Positions 26,394 to 38,499 of a stretch of DNA of 64,000 nt are shown here, piece by piece. Under the pieces are notes generated by a model. That model worked only from the letters and a program-made list of their open reading frames with translations. It had not been told where the DNA came from and made no database searches. The position numbers and the translations under genes were made by a program. The number at the start of each line of letters is the position of its first letter. Position 1 is the stretch's first letter. The DNA is from Epithemia pelagica. Taxonomy: Eukaryota; Protista; Bacillariophyta. The stretch is from positions 5,022,001 through 5,086,000 of the forward strand of contig OX337228.1 of the NCBI GenBank assembly GCA_946965045.2, written 5' to 3'.

Positions 26394-29190
26394 ATGGCGA
26401 CGCACATCTGCGTCTTGAAGCATTTGTCGGCCTATCGTCGCCATGAACTCAAGAATGCTTCCGATGGTCACAGGTGGATCTCGATTCACCTGAATGGGCT
26501 TCAAAGATGGTTTTCTCGATCCTCATCATCCTCAGATTTCCCTCCTTTCAATGGTCATGACCATCGCCGACGCAACCATGGACCTGGCCCGAGAAGAGAA
26601 CCATGGAGACCTCGCTATCCCCCGAGAGCTGACCAGGAAAACGCACAGAATCATGAAAGGAAGCCAGTAAACTCTAGATCCGCCCAGCGCATTCGTCTGC
26701 TGGATGAACTCGACAATGTACTCTCCAAGAGAAGTCATCGCCAGAAAAAAGCACCAAGGAAGGAGTCTTCTGCCACTGTAAATATAAATCCTCGACCAAC
26801 AAGACCACCGATTTCTTTCCAGAGAGGAAACGAAATGCGAAACTTCCCGGGCCTCTCTTCAGACAGCAATCATCAAACCAGTGACCATGAAAATGTGGTT
26901 TCGTCGCCTGACAACGATTCACCTCGAGCCTCAACAACCGTGTCGAATGCAGCGAGTGCACCCCTGTCACAAGTACTACCGGTGTCTTCGGATAATGTAG
27001 CGTTGGATGACATCTTTGGTATTCCAAGCCGACCATCTGCAGATAGTCCGTCGCAAGAGAACGACGAACAATCACACTACAAAGAGTACATGGAAATATT
27101 AGATCGTTATGTGGCAACCAGTGTTAAGCTAAAGGCAATCAAGGACGACAAGCTAGCTCCTCTTCTCGCTTACCTGAAGCAACAAGGTAAGTTCCTCTTT
27201 GAAACAATGAACCAATGCCATTGGTCCATTCTCATCTTCTCTCTCTTGAGCAGACCCCGTCATTCCCACTGAGTACCCGCAGTTTGGTTCTACCATTGCC
27301 TCTTGCGGCGCTCTCTCTTCGTCGCAGATGCTAGTCAATACCGAAGACTGCGAACCACATAATATTGAGTTATCTGAGCAAGTGAACAAACAGAAAGAAG
27401 CTTTCAAGGAAAAAATGGGTTTTGACCCAAAGCAGATGAGTATTGTCGCGGGACTATTGAACTTTATGGGGGGACAGTGCGCTCGATATGCCAAAATTGG
27501 ACCGTTGAAATTAACATGGCAAAAAGTTCTTGAATCTGGTTTTGTGGATAAGAATATACTTCATCCGTTGATACACATGGCAGCCACCGTGTCAATTGAG
27601 AAAAAGAGATCTTCAGGGTCTGGAACCACGCTATCAATATTGGACGTACTCGACGGTGTTGATGTTTCAAAAGGTGAACAAACTGAGGCGAAAGAAGAAA
27701 AAACTTCGAGTGAAGGCGATGTTGAGGATGATGATGATGTGTCCAAGATACTCGACGAAATGGCTACGTTTCATGACTTATTGTATGAACCCACCGAGCA
27801 GACTGTACATGTACGTGTGCGACTGCTGGTAAGCCGTGGCGAAGGGAAAGCTGCAGAAAAGCTGTTACGCGAAAGCAAGACAACATTGCGTTTGCGAGTT
27901 TTCACTCCTGTTCTATCACTTTTGCTCCAACAAAAAGACTTTAAGTCTGCCTTTTCGCTCTACCAACGCATGCATGCTATTGATTCTGTCATACTTGATG
28001 CGGACAGCTATATAACGTTGATTTCTGGCTTGGCAGAGCATGGATGTTTCAACAATGATGCACCGGCGGTTCCAGGTGCCGCCGAGGTGGGTTATTCTGC
28101 TTCAGGTCCTTCCTTGTTTGACGAACTAGTTGGCGAAATGGCCGAAGAATTTTCTGAAATCACCATTACGTCTGCACGGCGCCTCTATAATTCACTGGCG
28201 AAAGGCTTATCGGACAACTCATCTTTGAAACCAGTCGGTACGCTGGAATCACTTGCAATCAACAACACCCATGCATTAGATGACTCTAGTGCGATCGCTG
28301 GTAGAGTCATTATTGATAGTCAGACTGGCGTTTGTCCTCGAACCGGTGTGAAGCTCCACTTGAAGCATTTGACTGATGGTCAGAAAGAATCATTGAAGAA
28401 GGGATGCAAAACTCTTGCACTAGAACGACAAGAAAGCTGGTCATACAAGGCCACCACGATGGCTGATGAGAATCTCGACAGCTTCCTCGACTGGATCGAT
28501 TCAAGGCATGGTGAACCCTTTACAGCGATTGTGGATGGCGCTAATGTGGGATACTACATGCAGAACTATGATGGTGGTCAGTTTAACTATCACCAAATTG
28601 ACTTTGTTGTTCGGTCATTGGAGATGAGGGGAGAGAATCCTCTCGTAATTCTTCCTTTCAAGTACACACGTGATGTATTCACTGGTTCCACCAACAATAG
28701 GAGACAGTTTCTCACGGACGAGGACCACCACATTCTCCAGAATCTCCGTGACGGTGGAAAGTTGTTTGTCGTCAACTCAGGACTCTTGGATGATTTCTAC
28801 TGGATCCTAGCCAGCGTGGCGAAGCAGACGACATCCTCCGGTGGACGTGATCTCACAGTTCCGTTTGACGATTCCTCACGCTGGCCTGGAATGCGACCAG
28901 TGCTCATTACGAATGACCAAGTCAGGGACCACAAACTGGGGATGCTTGAACCTATGCCATTCAAGCGTTGGAATTCCAACGTTATTGTCAATTACAACTT
29001 TGCGCCATATGCGGGCACACAGCGAATGGGCCGTGGCATTGGCTTCAGTCCAATCGCTTTCTACAGTCGTGAAATTCAGTGCAACAGAAACGAGAATGCG
29101 ACCGGTGCAAGTGTTTGGCACTTTCCGCTCTGCGACAGTACCGATGAATGGTTTTGCGTGCGACTTCCGCAGCGTGCGGATTCGAACTGA
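26394..29190 (+). CDS. PRORP: Protein-only RNase P (PRORP) paralogue A, probable mitochondrial presequence (~909 aa)
   Basis: Exons 26394-27186 and 27254-29190, intron 27187-27253 ending at a GAGCAG tandem acceptor. PPR-like helices, then NYN metallonuclease motifs IVDGANV, DDFYW, ITNDQVRDH, REIQ, WHFP. The N-terminus is Arg/Ser-rich with QRWFS. An upstream in-frame ATG exists at 26334. Confidence 0.92.
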
Positions 29191-29191
29191 G

Positions 29192-31291
29192 TTACTCGTT
29201 TGATGCAGTTGAGATGCAGAGCCGCCACGGTTCATCCCAACCAGTAACTGGAAAGTGCCACACACGGTGGCCGGCATTTTCTGGTCTATCATTCGATTGA
29301 ATCTCCCTTGAAAATGTACTTGGTGGGAACAGTGTCAAGTTGCGCCCACTCTCCCATTCGCTATGTCTATAGCTTCCTATAGAGAAATTGACAATCTGAC
29401 AGGTTGTCCATCTCCGAAAAGGCCGAGCTTCGAGAAGTGCCAACCTGTGGTCTCGCATCTGGTCATTCGTAATTATAATAGGTCTTTGTCCTGGAATCCT
29501 CTCTTCATCGGTTTTTGCCCCTGAACTGGTCAGATTTGTTACACTCGCAATCATCCAAAAATAATCATCAAAGCAGTAACGCGGTACAATGTACATCAAA
29601 CCACGCTCTTTGAGATCCTCCAAAGCTTGGATATCTTTGTCGTTAAGTTCTTGTACCATACGAATATGGCGAAGATAAAACTTTTTTGTGGTATATTTTG
29701 ATGGCATGACGACCAGTGGTTGCTCTCCCAAACGAATCAGCTCTTCCGCCATTAGCTTTACCTGGCTGTACTGTACAGTCCCGGAACCAAAGTGCGCAAC
29801 ATTGGCGCCATCCACAATCGCTGTAAATGATCGATCTTTAAGCCAGTTGGAAAAGTTTTGTAATTCGGTTCGGCAATATTCCCCTGTCGGTGGGTCTACT
29901 TTCGCGTTCTTTGTCTTGGCCGTAGCGCGGTACTCTTCTTGAGAGGAAAAGGCCATTTCGAGCAAGGTTTCCCTCACGTGCCTTTTTTGCGGTTCATCCA
30001 AGGTCAATGAGCGAAGTTTCACTCCTGTTGCATTACAGACACCGGATGTCTCGTTGATGTGGACACGGCCAAATGTGACACCCCCAGTGGTTGTTGAACA
30101 CATTGGTATCAGAGATTCTCTCTCCTCGACACCACTGGATGTGGATGAGCCTTCGTGCAAATCTCCAAAACCACTGTACAGAGTTTCAGCGGCACTTTCC
30201 GTCAACTCCAGTAAATCCGTTGCCATGAACCCAGCAATATCGTCGAAAAGCTGCGGGCCCGAAGAAAGGGATCCCACTTGTAAAGCTCCAGTGGCTTCCT
30301 TTGAAAGGTATCCTTTGGATGCCAGCGAGCTGAGCAACAGCGCATAGGTGGCAGCATCCAGATGTACGGTGTTGAGTTCGCGCATTCGCAGAAACAGACG
30401 CAACGCGGACTCCATGCTTCCAATCTCGTTACAATAGTATGAGAGAATTGGCGTGTAAGTGCGCAGTTTGGACGAGTCGTCCGTAAAAGAAAGCGATTCG
30501 ACCAACTTTTCTGCTTCCAATGGTTTTTCCTGGGATATTAAGGACTGAATGCGCAAGGTAGTTGTTCTCTCATTGGGGAGAAAAAGAAGAGTATGCATCG
30601 CAACAACGTCCCACAAGCATTCCTTGCAGATTTCGTCGTCACCCATCAAGCCTAGAACGTACATGTAAGTGCTAACACTATTCTCACGAGGTATGCTACC
30701 CATGAGTCGCCACTTGAGCCAAGCTGCAATGAGCGGTCCAACAGTCCGAGTTGAGGCACAACGATCACCAATGTAAGTCAAGCACCGATCCATGTATTGT
30801 TTTTGAGGTTTTGTCAGGTTCAATGCCCTCAAAAGGGACGTATGTCTTTCATTCATCTCAGATCGAAAGTCGTTCCTGTCACTCTCTTCGTGTTGATAGT
30901 TTTCAGCATCGAGGATCTTCTCAATAGGCAATGTTAATGTTGGATCCAACAGGAAACTTTGGACCGGTTCAACATTAGAACACTTTTTCAGAACACGAGG
31001 TTCCACCATTATCTGTGACATGATCTCAACATATTCGTTCCAGTAATGATGATCGCAAAGCGAGATGTTGCTTGTCTCTGGGCTCCATGGACTACCACTG
31101 CCCAAGGAGGAAGAATTGGGTAATGACACGCCCAAGGGAGATGGTTTCTCTATGGATACCATCCGTAATGGACCTGAACAATCATATGGTTTCGGCTCCG
31201 ATGTCTTGAATACTTTTGGAAAATGAAAGAGAAAGCCATCAATGAACTGAAGCGGAAGAACAATATAGACAAAAAGTGGTGCGTTCTTCAT
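29192..31291 (-). CDS. PRORP: Protein-only RNase P (PRORP) paralogue B, probable bipartite plastid leader (~699 aa)
   Basis: Intronless ORF with PPR-like repeats (YTPILSYYC, ATYALLLSSLA) and NYN motifs IVDGANV, DDYFW, ITNDQMRDH, REIQ, WHFP. The ORF-track start is TTG; the real ATGs are at 31309 and 31291, giving MKNAPLFVYIVLPLQFIDG-FLFH. Confidence 0.92.
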   Translation of the reverse strand: MKNAPLFVYIVLPLQFIDGFLFHFPKVFKTSEPKPYDCSGPLRMVSIEKPSPLGVSLPNSSSLGSGSPWSPETSNISLCDHHYWNEYVEIMSQIMVEPRVLKKCSNVEPVQSFLLDPTLTLPIEKILDAENYQHEESDRNDFRSEMNERHTSLLRALNLTKPQKQYMDRCLTYIGDRCASTRTVGPLIAAWLKWRLMGSIPRENSVSTYMYVLGLMGDDEICKECLWDVVAMHTLLFLPNERTTTLRIQSLISQEKPLEAEKLVESLSFTDDSSKLRTYTPILSYYCNEIGSMESALRLFLRMRELNTVHLDAATYALLLSSLASKGYLSKEATGALQVGSLSSGPQLFDDIAGFMATDLLELTESAAETLYSGFGDLHEGSSTSSGVEERESLIPMCSTTTGGVTFGRVHINETSGVCNATGVKLRSLTLDEPQKRHVRETLLEMAFSSQEEYRATAKTKNAKVDPPTGEYCRTELQNFSNWLKDRSFTAIVDGANVAHFGSGTVQYSQVKLMAEELIRLGEQPLVVMPSKYTTKKFYLRHIRMVQELNDKDIQALEDLKERGLMYIVPRYCFDDYFWMIASVTNLTSSGAKTDEERIPGQRPIIITNDQMRDHRLALLEARPFRRWTTCQIVNFSIGSYRHSEWESGRNLTLFPPSTFSREIQSNDRPENAGHRVWHFPVTGWDEPWRLCISTASNE

Positions 31292-31515
31292 GATCTCTTC
31301 ATTTTTCATGGCCACGCCATGTTCCGATCCACTACCTACAAGGAGGCCCCCAGCATCTGGGTTCTGATTCTGAGGGTGTAGTTTCTGCGGCCCCCAAAGA
31401 CTTAAGCCATAAATCTGCTCTATCAACTAGGAGTATCAACATGATGTGGAAACCCCTATTTCATTTTTATGCCTATCCGTATCCGAATAATCATTACTCC
31501 AATCCTAACCATAGA

Positions 31516-34369
31516 TCAAAGTTCGAACGTATCCAAAATCCGATCAGCTCGTTCCTCAACTGTGGTCTTGGAAGCTCCTTCTTCCCTTGAAGCTTGATCA
31601 GGAGAAGGTGTCGGCTCATTGACCTTCTCAACATTGACTTTGCTTGTTTTTTCAACCTTCGGCACTGACGAACTCGCGGGAATGCTTCCCTCTACGACCG
31701 CCTCGGCCCTTTCCGCAACGCGGTTTACGTCCACTTTTGTATCGTCTAAAGAGACCTGAGACCCAGCAGGATTGTCATTCGTTGCTTGCGATTCTACGGG
31801 ATCCTTCGCTTGCTCGGGTTCTACAACTTTTCCAACCTCGTTATTTGAACTAGGGGTTCCAGCACTCGCTTCTACGATCGCCTTTACTTCCTTATCTTCA
31901 GACTCTCCCGGAACATGCTTGATTCCGGAGCTCGGTGCATCTTTCGCTGGAGCAACAATACCTTCTTGGTTCTCTTCACCAGTTGCGGGCGGAGCGCCTG
32001 TTGTTGGATATACAGCCGTGGGTGTTGAGCTTAGGAAAGTTGAAGCATTTGGCAACAGGACACCTGCGGCAGTGCTGCCCAAGGTAACGATATCGCTTCG
32101 TAGCTTATCGCGCTCTTCGTTTGTTTTCTCTCGAAGTGCCTGTGACGTTTTTTCGGCTGCCTTTTTGTCACCTATGTCGACCCATTTGCCAGTCTTTTCG
32201 TCTTTTCTCAGAAAGCGACCAGGAGGGTCTCCATTTCGAATGGCTCGGACAATAACACGTGCCACGGATGGCTTTTGTATCTTGGGAGCTCGAACATAAT
32301 CGGCACGATGCAAGGCAACAATGTCTCGGAAACGCTTGTTCCCCTTGTGATGGTTGGTCAAGCCCCCACGGCCGCACCTGCGGCGTATTTAAAAGAAACG
32401 AAAATGAGTACTGGACAAATTAATCAAACGCGTCGATCTTGTGGGATCATTCAACTTACAGAATATCAAAGTCCGTCACCAGGATATTGCCTTCTTCATC
32501 CACAGCATTAGGTGGCAATCCTTCCGTAAAGAGCTCCACACTGCTATTGGCACGCCCACTAATTGGATTTGTCGAAGACTTCCGTCGACCAGAAGACGAA
32601 GTACCAGGTACGTCTTTCATTCCCAAAGAGAGCGGCACGGCTAACTGGGTTCCAACATAGTTGAGCAGAGAAACATTTTGATTCGAACGAGAAGCGTCAT
32701 GTTGGGTTTTTTGTTTCTTGGCAGGATTTTCTCCCGACATCTCGTTGTCTGCTTCGTTTTGCTCAGAGTCTTTGGCATCATCGTTCATATCTTGTCTTCG
32801 AATACGAAGCGCTTCTCTAAGTGCACTTCGCTGTCTTTTTTCGGCGTTGGATCGTTCGCGGAGGCCCTGTGAAGTCTTTTCTGCAGCGGTGCGATCACCG
32901 ACATCATACCATTTTCCATCGTCACCTTTCTTCAAGAACCGCCCCGAACGGCGAATGGCTTTCACAATCTTACGTGCAACCCCAGGCTTGTCCATCTTGA
33001 GGGCGCGTATGTAGTCGGGCCTATGAAGTGCAATGACATCCCTGAAGCGTCTGTTACCGGGGTGAGCATTTGTCATACCACCGCGACCAAACAAGACATC
33101 GTAGTCAAGAGGGTTTTCCACTGGGATAACTGTAGAGTGTTCCATTAAAACAGGTTCCGTGTCGTTCAGAACAAGAGAAGACTGTTGTGGAAGCTGGAGG
33201 TGGATTTCCTTTTCCAAGTACACCTCGAAGACAAAGCAAATAGCAAAGAGAGCAGCTTCGGCCGGGTTCAATATGCTCCAGAACACGGACTCATCTTCCC
33301 GAATATTTCTCAACAAGAAGCGCGCTTTACGTGCTCCGATGCCTTGTGAGCTGCTCAGAGATACAGGAGTGGGAGTCGAAGGAGCACCAACACTGTCTGG
33401 CGAGGGATCATTTTCTAAATCTAGGTTCGCTACCGCGTTTGACGCTGTTGCTGTGTCTTGGAGACCATGCAACAAGTTAAGAGCAGCCTCAACCCTTGCA
33501 TCACAGCTTGTTGTATACGTAGTGACGACTTGAGAGATAAGACTAAAGACAACTTTGTTCCCGACATGGCTTTCATACAACTTGTCGGCATTGGAAGCTC
33601 CGCGCCTTAGTAAGATTGCGTCCTTCGGATCCGGCACCAGAACTATTGCAGAATCGGCGTCCTGTCCCTTGGCATCCGCTGTGGAACGTTCCAGCCAGTC
33701 GTTCAGTTCCTTGTACGGAGATTCCCCGATAGGAATCTCCGTAGAATCCATCGTCAGCTCCTCAAACAAAAGACCTTTAATGGCTTCAAGAATTTTTTGA
33801 TCTTCCATGATGGTAAACATACCGTCATCGGATCGCATGAGGAACCGTCCCTGTGACCGTAGAAACGGCCTAGGGACATCTTTGAGACCTGCAAGCTCCA
33901 AGGGTTTCCCTTTCTGTACGACAGTCATGAACTTGACAGCAATGTCATGTAATGCCTTCGACTTTTTCGTCGGGGCGGGGAGTTTCTTCAACTTCCACAG
34001 GATGCATTCCAGGCGGACCATGTCGTGCAGTAAAGAGTTCAATACATGGCCAGTTGAGCCTGGGCCCATGATAATGTCGCGAGACGTTGGCTCCAATCTG
34101 TTCGCATCTGGTTGACCGAATACCGACGCACTACCTGCAGATACGCGTAACGTCGATTGGTCCTCTCCATCATTGCCTTGGCCTGACGCTTCTGGTTCTG
34201 CAACCTTGTTACTTGTAGCGCTTGTCACCGGAGACGACTTCGTACTCTCCTCGGTCGTTGAAGCAACAGGTTCCTTGGACTGGGATTGCTTTTGTTCGCT
34301 GTCGCCGTTCACATTTGCAACCACGGATTGGCTCGTTGCCTCGGATGCGGTTGTAGATTCTGGCATCAT
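31516..34369 (-). CDS. Multi-DUF6824 domain protein (~923 aa)
   Basis: Exons 34369-32460 and 32377-31516, intron 32459-32378 (82 bp); splicing restores DILCGRGGLTNHHKGNKRFR. A second canonical unit is DVLFGRGGMTNAHPGNRRFR. Two more degenerate units lie N-terminally. Confidence 0.85.
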
Positions 34370-34866
34370 CGACTAACCTTTGTCTCTTCCGAACAACACA
34401 AGTGACCTGAACGAAGTCGTGGATGCCCAAGTCCACAACAAAGAGGACTGGTTCTGCGGTTGTATCACGGACGCGATGGGTTTGTGCTTTGGTGCTGTGT
34501 GCGGCCCGTCTAATTTTTGAAAAAAATCCAAGGGATGTTTCCCAACGCAACGGCTGTATTGTACTGTTTTTCCTAGTGTCACCAGCTGCTTATCGCCAGC
34601 CACTACAACAAAAAAGTCGGGTATATTGTAGCTACAGACAGTCTATTGTATTTCAATCCTGCCGCGCGTACCCGCTAGCTCAAGCGGCGCGCAAAGCGCA
34701 CGAGAGCGCCCGACGAGGCCGCCGAGAAATTAGTCACATTTAAGTCGCATGACAAAAGGCCCTCATTCTCATTCATCTCCTCTTGTCGAGAGACTTTCTA
34801 TCGCTTCCGTCGCTTCCATCATTTTTCTCCATACCGCCAAGTTTCAGACCATATACGTTAGAGAAA

Positions 34867-35230
34867 ATGACGTCCTTCTTTGCACAAATTATGGAACCGG
34901 GAGGCGGCGTTAAGTTGCTTCCCTTTGTTCGTTTTGTCATTTGCATCCTTTTCATCTTGACCGTCATTGGTGCCGTCGTCGGGGTAGCCAGAGTCCATGT
35001 AAGTCCCTTCAAGTCCGCTTGTTCTGGCTGTAACGACCATGTTCTCACAGCATTTTCATTCGCAATTCATCGCTTCTATCCAGATGATTGTTTTGTCTTG
35101 TTTGTCGGCTGGTCTTTTGATGAGTTTAACCTTTTTTGAAGGAGAATACAACAAACTACGAAACTCAGCGAAAGCACAATCGGGTATTAAACCATCAACA
35201 AACACCAACGCGGATGGAAAGACAGACTAA
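34867..35230 (+). CDS. PKR1: Pkr1-like small ER membrane protein (V-ATPase assembly factor), ~92 aa
   Basis: Exons 34867-34998 and 35084-35230 give MTSFFAQIMEPGGGVKLL...ARVHMIVLSCLSAGLLMSLTFFEGE. This has two TM helices and the FF..I.EPG / H..L...L..L..F..E pattern of Pkr1. Confidence 0.75.
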
Positions 35231-35456
35231 AAGTTCACAATATTTTCGTCTTTCTGCGTTCATGTTGCTTTCTCATCGGAATGAAGATCAAGTGGGTCCG
35301 AGACTCCATATTCGGAGCCTTTGCTAGGTGATCTCAAAGATTGGCTCTGAAATCATTTCTGGTTGATTCTTTTAAGCTAGAACCGCATCGTTGATTTTCA
35401 AACTTTGTCATTATTTACGACTTGCCAGGAATCAGTCGCCGCTGGCAACAGCAAAT

Positions 35457-36873
35457 CTAATCGGTAAAGCTAACGACCAATTTCACGGGCATATCACCCA
35501 GCACTGGATCGGTCACCACAAGCTCCTCTCCATCATCAATTAAGACAGACAGAGCTCTTTTGAGGTTCGGTCGTGTAGCTTTCTCTAGAGCTTGTGGTCG
35601 CGGCATGTACAGAGTCTTGCCACTACCACTTACCAAGCTGGGTCCGCCAAGCCTCAAATTGCCATCTTTCAATCGTTGAATGAGTTCTGTCAACGTTGCC
35701 GATTTCGACATTTCGAGTTTTTGTACCGAGGAGCTACAAACTGGACAATTGGCCTCTTGTTCATAGGCAAATGTGTGAGAATGCAGTCCTTCTGTTCCCA
35801 TGTACATCATATACGAGTTCATGTTTTGAGAGCCAAACGTCAAGTATTTCACGGCCTCATTCACACATGCCGCCGCAATAATGGCATCTGAGAACAACAC
35901 ACCATTCTCTGTGGGTCAGAAGCGAGTGCAAAACCATTGAGTCGAACGACGAACACTTACTTGTACTGGCCACGGCAGGAATGATATTCTTCACCACACC
36001 CAATGTCATCATGTAGGTGACCCCATCAATGTTGAATCGATCAGCACGAGCTTTCGCCTGTTCGTAGACCCACGTCATATCCTCTGGTGAGTCTTTATCC
36101 AACTTTTTACCAGGGAACTCTTTCGGCCACTGAAGGATCGAGGCATATGCAATACAATGTTCCGGTCGACGAGGTGTTTCAGCAATGGTGCATAATGGAA
36201 ACGACGTTTGCGGGGGGAACGAACCGATTGTACATTCAAAGCAACTTGTGATGCGAGGTAAAATGAAACGTGCTTGTCCCGAAAATGCTTCAGTTCCACC
36301 GTCCATGATAGGAATGATAGTCGACGGGTCCATATCGCCATCGTCGTCAAACTCCACCAATCCAACTACGGTAGAATTAAGCCATCGACGAGCTTCCACA
36401 TTGTCGAGACCGGATATAATGCAGTTGAACGATTTGTAGAAAGAGGAGTCCTTGTCTTGGATCATTCCGTGATGGGCCGTAACATTCATCCATGGGCATC
36501 TCTCGTTGATAAACCGTGCTGCTGTTTCGGCTTTTGAGGAACCGACGTCCTTTTGTCGAAACAAGAACTGTCGATTCAAGTTGGTCACATCAATTGTATC
36601 AAGATCAATCACGTCCACTTGTCTAATCCCAGACATAGCGAGATCTTTGAGGATTTCACATCCCAAACCACCTGCACCCACCACCAAAACGCGGGATTTC
36701 GCCAGTGGCGAATCGAACATGGCCGCTGGAGTGGCCCCAAGCTTGGGAGGAGCAATAGGTTCGAATTCGCCACATGCCAGCGGCCCAGTCTCATTTGCAA
36801 ACGGTGATGGCCGACTCAACAACGTTAGTAGAGTTGCTCGAGCAGGTGGTACAGAACTAGGCTGCTTCGCCAT
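35457..36873 (-). CDS. UBA3: NEDD8-activating enzyme E1 catalytic subunit (~447 aa)
   Basis: Exons 36873-35961 and 35887-35457. Motifs: [31 protein letters not shown], catalytic [16 protein letters not shown], and [14 protein letters not shown] restored across the intron. Confidence 0.96.
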
Positions 36874-37453
36874 GTCAATCTCCTTTGTGAGATGACAGAG
36901 ACAGATGAACAAACGTGAAATGAATGTCAGGCGCCATAAGGAAAAGGAGGAGAATTTCGCGTAATCACACTACAAATCAGCTTACCATGGCTGTCGCTTG
37001 GTTTTCTACGGCTGCCATTTTGTTCAGTGAACGTTTGACCATTGCCGACCTATCAATGAATCAATCTCGACAGATTGTGGACGGAGCAGAACAGAATTGC
37101 GAGAGTTGATGCGAGAGACAAAAATGAAAGGAATGGACTGGAAAGGCGACTGCAAAATCTACCTTAGCTATGTATTGAAGGACCTCAGACTCAGACCTCC
37201 TATTTCCTCTGGCAATAGTTAGGAGTATGAGTTGAGAATTTTCGTCCTCCTCTCACTTCTTACTGAAATAATGAGTTGGTAGAGGATGGAATATTGAATC
37301 ATGCATTGACCATTGTTCTTCATATGCTCGCCCTTTCGTCAAATTCGCTGCAGAAATATAAAGGGTTCATAGCGGGGTGATGGAAGATATCAAGGAGAAA
37401 AACTAAACCGTTTTATTAATTCTACCAACCAAGCCAAACAGTCTTTAGGACAC

Positions 37454-38044
37454 TTACACACCAGGGATGATGTTAACACCAAGTTGTTCGTGGACCATCA
37501 AACCAAGGATACCCATCATAGCGGCGCGGCCGTTATTGAGCTCGACGGCACGCTTTTGGAGCTTGGTGGCTTCGTCGAAGGAGTCCCAGCCGAAGTCAAG
37601 GTAGTCGTTACGGAAGTCACCGGGGAATTCTCCACCAGTGATGTCCTTCATGACGGCAATTTCCAAGAAACCGATGAAGGCGATGATTTGAGCCAAACCA
37701 GCAGAAGGGATGGCACTAAGGGCAGCGAAACCGTTGGGGATATCAGTGAAAGGAGTTCCGGCAAGGTCGATGTCTCCTCCCCAACGCCATCCGGCTTCAC
37801 AAGAAAGGTAGCCGGCAACGGCTAGCATTGCAATACGGCCGTGCTTCACTTCGACGTAACGAAGGCGGTTGAACTTGGCCTCATCACCATCGGCAACGAG
37901 TCCGAGAGGATCATAGAAATTGAGAGGGGGCTGGGCGCCGAGTTCGTTCTCGAAAGCCTGCAAGGCGGAAGACGAAGCCTTTTGGGAGACAGGGGCAAAA
38001 GCACCAACGGTGGCAAGGAGGGTGGCAAATACGGCGGACTTCAT
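37454..38044 (-). CDS. LHCF: Fucoxanthin-chlorophyll a/c binding protein (Lhcf type), 196 aa
   Basis: Signal peptide ending VGA-FAP; motifs DPLGL, EVKHGRIAMLA, ELNNGRAAMMG. Confidence 0.97.
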   Translation of the reverse strand: MKSAVFATLLATVGAFAPVSQKASSSALQAFENELGAQPPLNFYDPLGLVADGDEAKFNRLRYVEVKHGRIAMLAVAGYLSCEAGWRWGGDIDLAGTPFTDIPNGFAALSAIPSAGLAQIIAFIGFLEIAVMKDITGGEFPGDFRNDYLDFGWDSFDEATKLQKRAVELNNGRAAMMGILGLMVHEQLGVNIIPGV

Positions 38045-38499
38045 GGTTACGGCTTTTGGAGAATTTTTCTGACGTCAAATGTGTGGAGAGAAAGCGAAAG
38101 ATACGCAACCCGGATTGCAATATCCACACGTAGGCTCTCTACAGTGTTCAACTACAGTGTTCAACTTGAAGCTACCTGGTCGCGCTTGCAGTCCCGCCAT
38201 ACGTACTATCGGCGGCTTGCTACTACGTATGCTCTATGCTAGCTAAACTCTCAATTTTCGTTTCTCTCAAATCAACTTGCCCCTTTTCCTATCTCAAATG
38301 ACGGTAAGAAGTAATCTAAAGACGCCCTGCATGGAAACCCTTGAACGTAAAAACAGCGAGAAATTCTAGACGATTAATATAAATCTCCTAGAGCAAACTG
38401 TTTGCGGTAGTAGCGAGCCAAACCCAGACCATGGCGTTTTCATATCTATGACACAACGGCAGCTACGTCTTTCCTGCAACATGCAACTGCAAAAGAAAT

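Noticed and set aside
31310-31426. N-terminal extensions in the ORF track for PRORP-B, DTW, DUF2061, FBPase and UBA3
   Set aside because: They start at TTG/GTG, run through introns, or bury a targeting peptide; downstream ATGs give coherent proteins.
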